NCBI GenBank assembly: GCA_965235115.1 | Contig: OZ249449.1 | Span: 13,392,001-13,456,000 of the forward strand | From: Laetmonice hystrix | Taxonomy: Eukaryota | DNA: 64,000 nucleotides | Direction: 5' to 3' | Shown here: positions 25,559 through 37,409 of the stretch, piece after piece | How the letters are laid out: every line of letters starts with the position of its first letter | Position numbering within the stretch: the first letter of the stretch is position 1 | Notes under the pieces: model-generated | What the model saw: the letters and a program-made list of their open reading frames with translations, nothing else | What the model was told of the DNA's origin: nothing | Database searches by the model: none | Program-made: the position numbers and the translations under genes

Positions 25559-28500
25559 GTAAGTATGTGTCATGTGTCATGATAAAACCAACTGCGGTAG
25601 TATCTTCTTCCAGAAGTGATTTAGACAGAGATCTCTAACTTTTTTTTTTCAAAAATATAGTTCCAACAGATATAATAGAACTAGCAAGGTTTAACGTTAG
25701 TTGAACTATCATGTTCACATCAAAAGTACACGGCATATGTTGAGATTAAGAAATCAGTCATCATCTCAGTGATTAAGACTTCCTTTTTTTACCCTTGACG
25801 TTTTCTTCTTCCTACTCGTATGCACAGTGGCTCCGCCTGCGGTTGAACGCCCTCACTAAGCATGAGAATCCAGCAAAGTCACATATACACACCTGACATA
25901 TCACAATGGTGACAACACTCCCCAAAAAATTTACAGGAGAAGTACGCCTGGAGACAAACTGACATTATCATTCGTGCAGCGAGATAGTTATATCCATAGT
26001 CACGTGACCTTGGGCGTGCAAACGTGTTGATTTACGACTGAGGATTTAACATTTTATTCTTGATATAAAAATTCTCATATGTCTTTTGGGAGAACGGGTA
26101 AGACGTTATCTTGAATGAGGTTTAGAATTTCCAAATGACCAATATTCCTGGGACATATTGTTTTGAAAATGAAAAACAGTTGAGACATCACAAGAATAAA
26201 CTGAAAGTAACTTAAAGACAAATGAGAATCGAACCTCTCACAAAATGATTATGTGAGTAGCGTCTTATTATATCTGGATGGCTGACTTGGAAATTCAGTT
26301 GCAATGCAAAGTTCATGGAAAAATTTACCATGTCCATTTATAAGACAAAGGGTGAAAGGTTTATACTTGGGCAGAGGGGCTCTTAAAATATCCACTCAGA
26401 AAAAAACGTGTACTACTTGCATTCTGATGTTGAAAACTTTAAGACGCTGAAATACAATCATTTTTTTATTTAATTGCCTTAATAAAATCTACCTATAGCA
26501 CCATATCTAATATATGTACCTCCATTTTTCATTCTGATTTATAAAACAAATATGAGCCCCAAACACCCAGCCTGACATGCAATCCAAAGAGGCTAATATG
26601 AACCACTTTGTATCGAAGCCATGTATTCGGAGCTTATATGGAATTCCCATGTCTGAATCGGAATCATTTTTAAAATGAACGATCTAGGAATCAGTATTCC
26701 TATCTATACACGAGCAGTGTTACTGCAGCCGCTAACAACACGACATGTATTTAATACGTCTGTGCTATCCGAAAAATAACAAAAAGAACACACACTAGCA
26801 GCAACAACTGATTTTGTCCTGAAAAGCCAGATTGTTATTCAGTCTTCTTTACATTTTTCATTTCTGGATATTTTTACATTGTCGAAATGAACCATGATCA
26901 ATTTGTAATCGTGTTATTCATACTGACTTATCCGGTTAATTTAATGGAATAATTTAATACTGCCGGCAACAACCGCGGTGCTCTACATAAATTGTAAAGG
27001 GGCAACCATTTAAAAAATAATGCGTCAGATTGGATTTGCGGATTAGCGACTTTCTAGCTATACATGCAGTGCAGTAGGAATCCAGTAACATTTCTAATAG
27101 CAACATGGCAATTGCTAAACAACAGGAACCGCTGACGGGAAATGTGATCTGTGGTAGCCCCAGGTTAGCTGACACCACAGTACACCTCCCGCGCAGACCA
27201 ATGCGTCCGCAAAATCGATATGGGTTTCTTTTGGCATCCAGGAAGGAGACTAGAGAATGCGGGAATATTAGAGGCCCGCCGGTGGGGTAAGCGATTGCTT
27301 ATACAGCATTGTCTTTTTTTTTGCCGCTAGCGTGCGGGAGACAATGCCAACGTTTCGGGAAAGGAAACCGAAATGTTCGGTCGGAAGCAGGTCTGGGAAA
27401 CGTGTGGGGTGTTTCTTCTCGGACGCAGTCACTGCTTTCATTGTGAAATATCGCAGCTTTGCTAAAGAAGATTAAAGATAGGAAAGCTAGGATAATGTGA
27501 CGGATACGCAGCTATTTGGGACAGGTTCAGAGACTTAGGAGGCGGGTAGGGCATCTTTTTGGGGTGCACGCAATTTGAGAATATTCGTAAGTCATTGATT
27601 ATTGATAATATGAAAACCCTAAATTTAGTCAGATATTCTTCACAATAACGTAGGGGAGCGATATATTATATTGTAATTTAGATTTTCATATCTTGATTTT
27701 AGAAAAATAAGAACACTCAAAAATCGGTCACTTGAAAAATGTGACGTCCTCGGAAACGTTCACGATGACGTGGTCTTGATGTAGAGACTTCCAAATATAG
27801 CACCGTGGGAACTGTAGAGCTGACAACGAACACTTCATATTTCGGGAGAATGGCCGACCCGACCCTGAGTGAACCAGAGACCTTTCCACATTTCTGGGTC
27901 ACCGATTGCTTTTGGGGAGTAGAATTTATAGTATTTCCAGGCAGATATTTGATTGATTTATTCTCGGTCTAGTGGGAGTATTGGTATTGCCTGTGCCAGC
28001 GTCTTGGACATTGTTTCCGGGATGTCCTCGGCCTTATATAGTACTTCTCCACCAATTTTCGGTGAAGGGATGAGAGCTAGTTGCAGGGATAGGGGTATGT
28101 AGAAGAACTAAGGTTAAGATTGGGGTTAGTTTTGGGTCTTGGAATAATGAAATATTTTAAGTTATTACCATCAACATTCGTGATGAGCAACAGAGTTGAA
28201 GCTGTAGCAGGATGGTTTTGATGGTTGCTCTGGCGCTGCAGAGACTGCCAAACGTTGCTGTATGACCTGGCCTTTCTTTGCTTTCAATATGGTGCCGAAT
28301 TTGCTGATAGTAGCACGAAAGCCAGCCAGGGCATCAAGCATGCACGGCTTGGTTGTGACACACATAGGCGAGGTATTATGGGATTGAGTTCTCAAAATGG
28401 GCATGGCCATCTGCATGCTGACGAGGCTATAATGGGACCCTCTAAAAGGTGGAATGTGCTGCTGAGAAAAGGAACGGGTTCTTGAGGTACGGCGGGGGGT

Positions 28501-31010
28501 AGGGGTGGGGGTGGGGGTGGGGGGCAGAAGGGTAGCATCGCCAAGTGGATGTCAAATAGGGATGCAACCCATGTGTTGATGCTGTTCAGGTTTGAGGGAT
28601 GGGTGGGGACGGGTTTTATTTTATGTCTCATGAGTCGCACTGATTTCATGTTAAAACAGAAGTGAACATCCCAAGATGTGATACTCATCTGATATTTCGT
28701 TTGGCACTTTGGATTTGGTTTATTTTTAAAGACATTATATAAAACCAAAACATAGCTATGCACACATCTTGTTTGCCCTGGCAATATATCTTAGTGCTCA
28801 TTCGACTCAGTGATTCAAAGATTAATTAATTATATTTATTTTAGATTACAAAAAAATGGGATGGTGGCTCATGGAAATGGTTAAATGTAGACGGATAAGG
28901 AGAAGAGGCAGAAAAATGTCAGTTGTCATGGCAACCATGGCAAGGATCCGAATTAAACCCGATTGGCTGTGATTGCTGCGTCGCTTGCCGACGTTAGCGC
29001 TCAGTATAGCAGTCGTTAACTCGATGTTTCTGCTCTCAACCTAAACATAACAATGGTCCGTCAACAGTCGGCGAGAAACAGCCCACGGCTCTCTCTCTCC
29101 ACGGATAATTTGTGGACAGGCCTTTTAATGAGACAGAGAGAGCGGGGGAGGATAGCGGCCAATTCAGGTCGGCATTACTTTGAGAAGGCGAGAAAAACAT
29201 TGGGCTGTCATTGACAATGATGGAGCGGGTTAAGGGGGAAAGAAAGAAGGAAAGAAAGAAATATGTCTGTGTAAGAAACAAAGAATAAAAAAAACAGGAT
29301 ACTTAGAGGGAAGGGATTTTGACGACCATGGCTACGTAGGCCTATAATCTATATCCCGGTCGGAAATATACATGATGAAAATATATACGTGTATTGTTGA
29401 TTCACAGACAGGGCTGGAGGGTGATAGCGCCTAGGCCTTTTACCCCGCGTCTATATCGGTTTTACCCTCTATCGGTGTGTACACAGGTCAGGCACAAGTA
29501 TATGTTTGTAGCCGTTGTGGCGCAGTGCTGCCCCCTGCTGGGAATGTCGCGAAGTATTGCGAAGGGGGATTATATCAATTTGAAACGACATTTATCGCTG
29601 TTGAATAATTCACGTATAGTACATCCTCACTGCGGTTTTTTTATCTGTAGGATTAGGCAATTGTAGAATTCATTATTGGTCTCTCGACTGCTTTAATACG
29701 GTTGGGTTTATTCATCAGTATCGCTTGAAAAAAATGGGACGATGTAAAGACAGAGGAAAGGCAGTAAAAATGGAGACACGTAAGAGGTCGTGAGATGTTC
29801 TCTCATGTAATCAGTAAAGGGGTTCAGGTTGGGGTTCCTTTGGGAAGCACAATATATATATATTATTTTTACTCAAAATGACACTTGTAGTTGGACAGCC
29901 ATGTAGTGAGGAGATGAAATTGGGTGCAATTTACGTTGTATTGCTCTTAAAAAGCGAGTCACGCGCGGGCCAAGCTTTGGGGGTTTAGTTTGCTTTAGTG
30001 CAATGGGAAGGGTCGATAAGAGGGTGGTCGTCATGGAAACCGATTTAATAGCTATACCTGGGTGATAGATTCTTTACGTCGATTAAAAGGAAACTTGGTT
30101 CTGAGTATTTATTGAGTATAAACGAATTACAAAATATAGGATAGCAAGGTCATAAAATATGAGAAATCAGAAATATTGCAGAAAACTTGAGCTGTAAAAA
30201 CGATATAGATTTACGTGTATATAGGCAAAATTATAAACATTTTGCTTAACCTCAAACATTGGATCTTTGACTTTAATGCAGCTGCGATGTGACCTTTGGT
30301 CAGTTGGGGGTGTGTAAGGTAGCTGTTAAGAGGCTTAGTGGTTTTCATTATGTATAACCCCCCTCCCCCCCCCACACACACACCTCCTTAAGGCGGGGTG
30401 ATGAGTATCTGTTTACCCTGGTGGTGGGGGTACGGTGGTGGTGGTGGTTTGGGGGTAGGGTGGTGGTAGGGGTGGACAGATAGACTGGAAGCAGTCGCTC
30501 ACGGCGGGGTCGAGACCAGAAGCTGACCTTTAGTTCATACTCGCGCCACCAGGGCCAGGCACGTGAAAGCGCGTGGTTTGATGACACAATCTGGCTGGCT
30601 TCATACACCAGTTTATAGTTCGAACACAGCGCATGCGCACGGAAGCCTCGTTTCGAAGTTGCGAGTAAACAAACCGTCTCCCTATCTATTTCTATGTTAA
30701 ATACACGATTTTTGTGTCGGGATTACGTCTCTTCTCCAAACAATATCTGTACAGCTAATGTTCGAATGTGTAAAACTTGTATTAGACTTGACAAAAAAAC
30801 CGGTTTAAACCTCGACATTGGCGTAATAGTAAAGTTAAACGGTTCACTGGCGACACTGACTCGGCGGCCTCCCCAGACCTGACGGCCGGCGTAGCGCTTG
30901 GGGGAGACGGTCTCCACACCGTTGGTTCTCAACTCATACGGGATAGATATTGGGGGGCAGTCGGATGTTGATTGACACTTTATGCGCTGGATTGGAGGGG
31001 GAAGGGTCAG

Positions 31011-31544
31011 TTAAAGGGAGTCGTGAAATTCATTTTTTTCGATTTATGGCAGTCTTAGAAACATATGATTCACATACCTTGGACTCCCAGTAACATCATG
31101 TGAGACTGTTATGGCCCAGCGACCAGTATTTAGTAAGGAAAATATGCCAAATCTCTCGCAAATACGTAGCTCAGAATTAGCGAGCGGCCCACAGGATATT
31201 TGAGTTGGCCGCGGTCGGGCGATGATGAGGCGTGATCACGTGACTTCCGGGTGTACATGCGGTATTTAGGTCAACGCTAGACTAGAGGGAGATTCCCTTC
31301 CACACCCGGAAGTCACGTGATCACGCGTGATCATCGCCCGACCGCGGCCAACTCAAATATCCTGTGGGCCGCTCGCTAATTCTGAGCTACGTATTTGCGA
31401 GAGATTTGGCATATTTTCCTTACTAAATACTGGTCGCTGGGCCATAACAGTCTCACATGATGTTCTTGGAGTCCAAGGTATGCGAATCATATGTTTCTAA
31501 GACTGCCATAAATCGAAAAAAATGAATTTTACGACTCCCTTTAA
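31011..31544. mobile_element. Kolobok/T2-type foldback MITE (526 bp plus TTAA TSDs)
   Basis: TTAA|AGGGAGTCGT...ACGACTCCCT|TTAA. Arms 31015-31254 and 31302-31540 are near-perfect reverse complements with only a handful of differences, around a 47 bp spacer. TTAA plus AGG termini are typical of Kolobok/T2 elements. Confidence 0.85.
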
Positions 31545-32340
31545 ACCGGGTTTGGCCCCCAAATGCCCGCGTGCTGACGCACTGACAGTCTGCAAACGCT
31601 GCCGAAGCGTGCACTTTTCCGAGGGGCAGCTCACGCCCAGTTCGACAGCCTGTGGACGAAATTATCCAGGCCTAACACATTGTTTGACGCTCTGTGCATG
31701 TCGGCCTACCCTCCATGTGTCTAAGATCACAGCCAGAAAAATTTGTCACAACTTCGCGGTGATGGAATAGTGGCTTCTTTCAGCGGTAAAACCCCGTTGA
31801 CAGCAATGCTAATGGCGCGCCGCTGGCTTTGTTTACTCGCAACTTCAAAACGAGGCTCCGATTCTGACTATAAACTCGTGTATTCTCGGTTACGGTTTAT
31901 CTTTCAAAATGGCCGCTTGGTGGCCATCTTGGATATAAATATACTGACAAAACGATCCCGATTTCCTTCAAATTTGGTGCAAAGAAGAAACATATTAGAG
32001 GCAATGTTACGGTTGCCAAGATTTAAACTACCCTTCCTAGAATCGTATACGTTACCGCATACTGCTAAGATCAATTAACTTGGCTTCATCTGCTAATTAT
32101 ACCCATATATTCTACACTCGTAATCTTCTCTTGTGTGTGGCTTCGGGCCGAAACTGCCGTCCCATACGGACGGGGGATATTACACCTCTGAGCCAACTCG
32201 ATAAAAAGGATGGTTAATAAGTTATAGTTATAGGTAATAGGTTGCCATGGCGATGCCGAGCGTTGCCATGGTGTGAAGGGACGGCAGCACCGGTTGATAC
32301 GATTCGATCATTGGTTTGTCCGTCCGTCGTAAGGTTAGTA

Positions 32341-32458
32341 CCCTGTAGGTGGCGCTGTAGTCCGTGACGTCAGACTCGCCCTGACTGACCGATCCCGAAC
32401 GCCGTAATGACAGTTCAGGAACGCCTGCCCCGGCCTCGATAACAACCACCAGAGGGCG
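32341..32458 (+). promoter_or_regulatory. Pair of CTCF-like motifs, + orientation
   Basis: CCCTGTAGGTGGCGCTG (32341-32357) and CCACCAGAGGGCG (32446-32458). Confidence 0.45.
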
Positions 32459-33462
32459 TTAGTCGCCGAAATTAGACTAATCTGGGCCATGACGGGTGTG
32501 AGTGACAGGCAGAAAGACATTGGTGGGACGTTTAATTGGTTCCAGACAGCGGCAGAACAAGGAGGGAGTTTTCTCGATCGAGAGGGCGGATTGGTAAGGA
32601 GTGTTAGGAAGGAATGGAAGCGAGGAGAATGTATTATTACTCAGCCTCCCGAACTTACATTGATTTTCTTATCATTGGACCATCAGGAAAACGTCAGGTT
32701 TGTTTTGTTTTGACAAGACAGTTGAGGAGATAACGGGTAGGATGTAGAATCGTGTTAGCAATTGGCAGTTTGATTGATCGATTGATTGATCAGGGAGTGT
32801 TCAATGTCAATTCAGTTATTACGTGGGGAGAATGTGAACGCGACCATGAACATAAACGTGAACATGAACATGAACACAGTGCAGGTGAAAACAGGGGTAG
32901 AGTCTAAGCCTATAGCCACCAATAACTTCTACTCCAGGCCTTGGTTTATAGTTACCAATCTGAAGATTGGTAAAATGACAAACTAAAAATCGGCCACTGA
33001 GGTACGGGACTCATGTAGCATGTGGTACTTGGAGAATTTTGTATGAAATTAAAGATTTAATTAGTGGTACATTTTGGTGTTCGAGGTTAGTTACGTGAAA
33101 ATGTCATAAACAAAGATATAGATAAATGAATAGAAAGATAAATAGATAAGTTCTCGTGAGAATCTAATTTGTAATCTAGAGTTAGTCTTATTTAATGGGG
33201 GTGTAGCTATCTGAACCAACTTATTTTAAGGTTCAATAAAAATCATTCAGAAATTGGCATGGTGAAGTCTTGAGATAAGGGCAGAAATCAATGTCACTGA
33301 GGTCCTAACAGATTGTGAAGGGAGGTAGGTTGCTAGAAAGTTATGATAGTTTAGAAATTTGTGACTGAATGCTCGCTTTGAGTATTCTCTCGATTTTATA
33401 ATGCGGAAATTGTCCTGGTTGCGAGACATTCAGCTGGAAATGGGGCTGTTTACAGCGATAGT

Positions 33463-33523
33463 TGCGCCCCCTGGTTGATAACAACTGAGGTTGGCTTCAG
33501 CTGACACGCTGCCACCTGGTGGG
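33463..33523 (-). promoter_or_regulatory. Pair of CTCF-like motifs, - orientation
   Basis: Reverse complements AACCAGGGGGCGCA (33463-33476) and CCCACCAGGTGGCAGC (33508-33523). Confidence 0.5.
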
Positions 33524-33780
33524 AAATATTGACATTGGTTAATTTACATTGCGGCAGACGCCGTTGTTACCCGATCTGCTAATTTATCAGACATATGTAT
33601 TAAGAAGGTATACACCTCTAATCTATTAATTAAATTGATAAAGTGAGGGATAAAGATAGTACAAGATTTTATTTAATGGATGACTGTTTTCTAGAGGTAG
33701 GCTCCGGAATTGACCTTATGTTCTTGGCGTGGATCTGTAGGCCCATGTAAAGTAAATGTCAAAAATATTGGGCCTTGGGG

Positions 33781-33890
33781 GTTTAACCAGTGAAGGACAC
33801 CGGGGTACCCCGGGTAAACCACCGGAACTGCAGCAAGTAACTGACAACCCCGATGGGATTTGAACCCGGAAGTGAAAGGTCCTGTGATCA
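33781..33890 (-). mobile_element. Decayed tRNA-derived SINE, MetaSINE-like
   Basis: The minus strand reads B-box GGTTCAAATCC (33866-33856), then GTTGTCAGTTACTTGCTGCAGTTCCGGTGGTTTACCCGGGGTACCCCGGTGTCCTTCAC. This aligns with the remembered Meta-type core GTTTGTCAGTGACTTGCGGCAGGTCGGTGGTTTTCTCCGGGTACTCCGGTTTCCTCCAC. Confidence 0.6.
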
Positions 33891-35680
33891 GCAGCAAGAG
33901 GGTTGTCATGGCAACAGTAGACATGGCCATGTAACGGTTCCAAGGGGCGAATTCACTGATAGTGTTGTTCTTTTCAATAAGAACCCATTGTAACGCTGCT
34001 TTAGCCGAGAGATGTCGCCACCAGTGAGTAGAGATGTAGTACGTAAACCAACGCTAGGGGTCAGCACTGGGTACGACCGACCAAAGTACCCCCACATCTG
34101 TGGTAGATACTCTATGACAAATGGACCGCATCGACATGTACACCTCCTGACAAGTTTAAAATAAAGACAAGGCAAGGACGAACTGATCACTGCTTCCTCT
34201 AACAGTATTGATATAAACCACCCCACTACGCTCACCCCAGTCCATACTGAACGGGTTGGTATAGGGTGAACAGGAAAATATCTTATCACAACTAATTTAA
34301 GTGTCTCTAAAAACATCTAATCTATGAATATACAAAATAGGTATATTTTTAACGCTTTCTGTGCGGAATGGTATACGACCAATTGAAATTGTATACCATA
34401 AGTAATTAATTTAAACATACCTGCGCTTGGTGTGACTTTTAAAGGTCGCCAGGAGGCTTTGATATTTTAAACCACTTTCTGTCTGCCTCAGAGTTATCCT
34501 ACGGCGTACCAGACGTAGCGTAGTGAGACATGACGTAACATTGACCTATATTTGAATTATATTTGACCTTGAACAGTCGTGACCCCGTTCCTCGCCCCCA
34601 CATTATGTTTTAAGAACATACAAACAAACAAAAAAGGAAAAGAAAACAAATGCAATAGGTGTTTGTGTCATATTTGAAGTTCAGTGATGAGCCTACACCC
34701 GGAGACTTAGCACGGAAGCAGGAGGGAAGAGGGTCGGCTTTGCAGATGTGCCCTCCATAAGTTTGACCGTGTGTGAATAGTTCTGTGTGTGTGTGAGTAT
34801 GTGGAAGTGTATCCTACCGTTTTGTCCGTTCACATTGGCAATCACACATGTGACTGTAGGAACCTGTGTATGTATGCTCCATGTATGTCATTAGGTTGTG
34901 ACAGATTGTGACCGTGATTGTGACTGATGATATAGATGTGAAACCAGCGGCAGTTCTTGAGAGAAACTTTTGTTTTTTGAATGTAGGAAGAATTTTACGA
35001 AATGAAGTCGAAAAAACACTTACATTATATACGTCGAAAACTGACACATATTATACCTCACGTTCTATGAACAAATTAAGATTGGGTGTTTTGATACAAG
35101 AACCTGACAAACACTACTCTGTGCATACTGTGTAAAGGTATTTCAAATGTTTTTTCCCCCGAGAAATCACCTGCTGAAATAAACAAAACAAAATAAAATC
35201 GATTATTCATATTTCACAACTCAAGAAAATGACACTTTTCGCGTACATCCTTCAAAAAATATGTGTAATCTACGAGATTATATTTTAAGGTTTTTTAAAG
35301 GGGGAGACATCATGTTTTTATTACCCTGTCGTATGCTATCTGCTAGTTTAAGAAATATTCACAACAAAAGTGATCGTTATTGAGGAAATAGCCATTCGTG
35401 AAGGGTGTATTCTTAGTTGTGAAATACGATGATGCCATACCCAGTCATATCGATTGCCTATTCAAACTTAGTTGCAAAAAGAAATAGAGAAATGAAAGGT
35501 ATTGCAGAGTTATGCACAGTCTGTCATTCCTGAAATCAGATGATGACGCCAAGAAAATACCAATGGGTGGCGAAGGTATAAAGTGAGGTCCATACTTTTT
35601 GTTTCTTTATTTTCAGTGACAAAAAATAATCTTTTTTTTAACCATGAAATATTTCACCCTCAGGTTCCTTCTATTTTGTG

Positions 35681-35774
35681 TCATGTGACTGTCTACTGTC
35701 ATTTTTGCGCAAGGTCATGTGATGTAAAATCACGTGACCAGCGTCAGTCACGTGATTGGCGTTGGGTCACGTGA
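35681..35774. promoter_or_regulatory. Homotypic E-box cluster (TCACGTGA x3, TCATGTGA x2)
   Basis: TCACGTGA at 35730, 35748 and 35767; TCATGTGA at 35681 and 35715. Confidence 0.5.
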
Positions 35775-37364
35775 TTACGTCATGATCTACACTGTACTCT
35801 GAATGTCATGTCCTTTAAAAAAAAGTTGTTTTTTCTATTAAGGTTTGTTTGGGTTGTTTTTTGCTACCAAAACTCATGTTTCTTCCTCACCCTGCTCACA
35901 GATGGAATAAAGAATTATAACATTCTTTTTGGGGTACGTTTTTTTTAAAGAATTGTGTACATTTGATTTGACTCCCAACATTTACGTTATGGTATGCCTT
36001 TAAAGAAAAGCGAAGCCTTTTCCAGAAAAGCCTATTAAGTTTATTGTACCCGAACTTGTAGCATCCTGCTGACACTTTTGAATATCTTGTCTTGCAGGAA
36101 CGTTTCAGAATGCCTGGACAAAATTTTGAAATTGGTTGTCTCAGTTAATTTGATGAGTTCGTATTTTCTTAAAGCCGCCCCATCCTCCCATCCCACCAGA
36201 CCTACTGTCACAATTTGTGTATATTGCATATTAAGTATGTGTCATGGCCGACCTTGGCATGCTTCACGGTAAACAAAAACCAAAATGATCTTCACTTTCT
36301 GAGTTGCTTATCTGAAAGAATTACATACTTAATATACAAACACCAGCTTTCTAGTTTGTCCACATATATCCGGGTATAACGAAATGTAGAGAAAAACATG
36401 GTCAAAGAATGACTAATTAGGTTCATAAACGGCACCTCACTAACAGAGATTGCAACTGATTATAGAGTAATAAGTTAGAGATGCAAAACGCCATTCCATG
36501 TCATAGGACTTGTCTAGAGGTGTAAGAAATACGGGTTTGAGGAGTTTTGGAGCTGTATCAGCAGCCTGTATCATACTGTGTTCGCTTCATGAAATAATAT
36601 GAATTCAGCTTTAAGAAACATAAATTCACTTATCTTTGAACATGTCTTTTTGGTGCTCTTTTAATCTCTATCGTATATCCGGCTATATATGGATACTTTC
36701 CGCGCTTGAAACGTGCCCCTGACCCCCCTCCCCCCAGATATATGCTAAAATATTTCATTCCCACCTTCCTACACAGCACCTCTGGTTTTTGTCGCGTTGC
36801 AATCAAACTGCGCAGTGCACACTCCGGTAGGCAAATATGGCGGCGGCATCTTTAAATTTACAACTTCCCCCCTTAAAATCCCAAAAAACAAAATGAACAA
36901 ATCGTTTGTACGAAACTTGTCTGGATGTCTCTCCAGCTTGCTAATATATACTTCATGATTGCGTAACTAAACGGATATTTTTAGATACTGCCACTAAATA
37001 TTTCAGATACATTCATGGAATTTTTGATGACTAAAAAAGATTCCGCCAAGTTGTTGTTTGCCGCCATGTTTCCGGGGGTGATGCGTCCAGTGCGTTGTTC
37101 AGTGCGCCCTTTGTTTGTCGCCAGATGGCGACACGTTCGTATAATTATGGTCGTGGTTGACCGGTGATGGTGTTTGTCTTTCAGTGCCAGGATGGATAAC
37201 GTCGGGTAAGTTACCCCCAACCCCCTGCCCCCCTTAACCCCCCTGCCGGCCACGTGCCCCAAACCAAGGCACCGCATCGTTCTCACCCCCCTTCCAACCC
37301 CCACACACACCCACCACCACCTCCACCCTAAACACCAAATGCAGAGTCCTACCTGAGTTTGCAT

Positions 37365-37409
37365 CCGGTTGGAACCAGTTGGGACCGGTTGGAACCAGCT
37401 GGAACCGGT
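37365..37409. repeat. 10 bp-phased CCRG array (GGAACCRGTT-like units), CP2/Grainyhead-type site array
   Basis: CCGG ttggaa CCAG ttggga CCGG ttggaa CCAG ctggaa CCGG. Confidence 0.7.

Noticed and set aside
35295-35818. Possible TTAAAGG-bounded MITE enclosing the E-box cluster
   Set aside because: Only about 12/16 terminal complementarity and no internal arms; cannot be supported without genomic copies.
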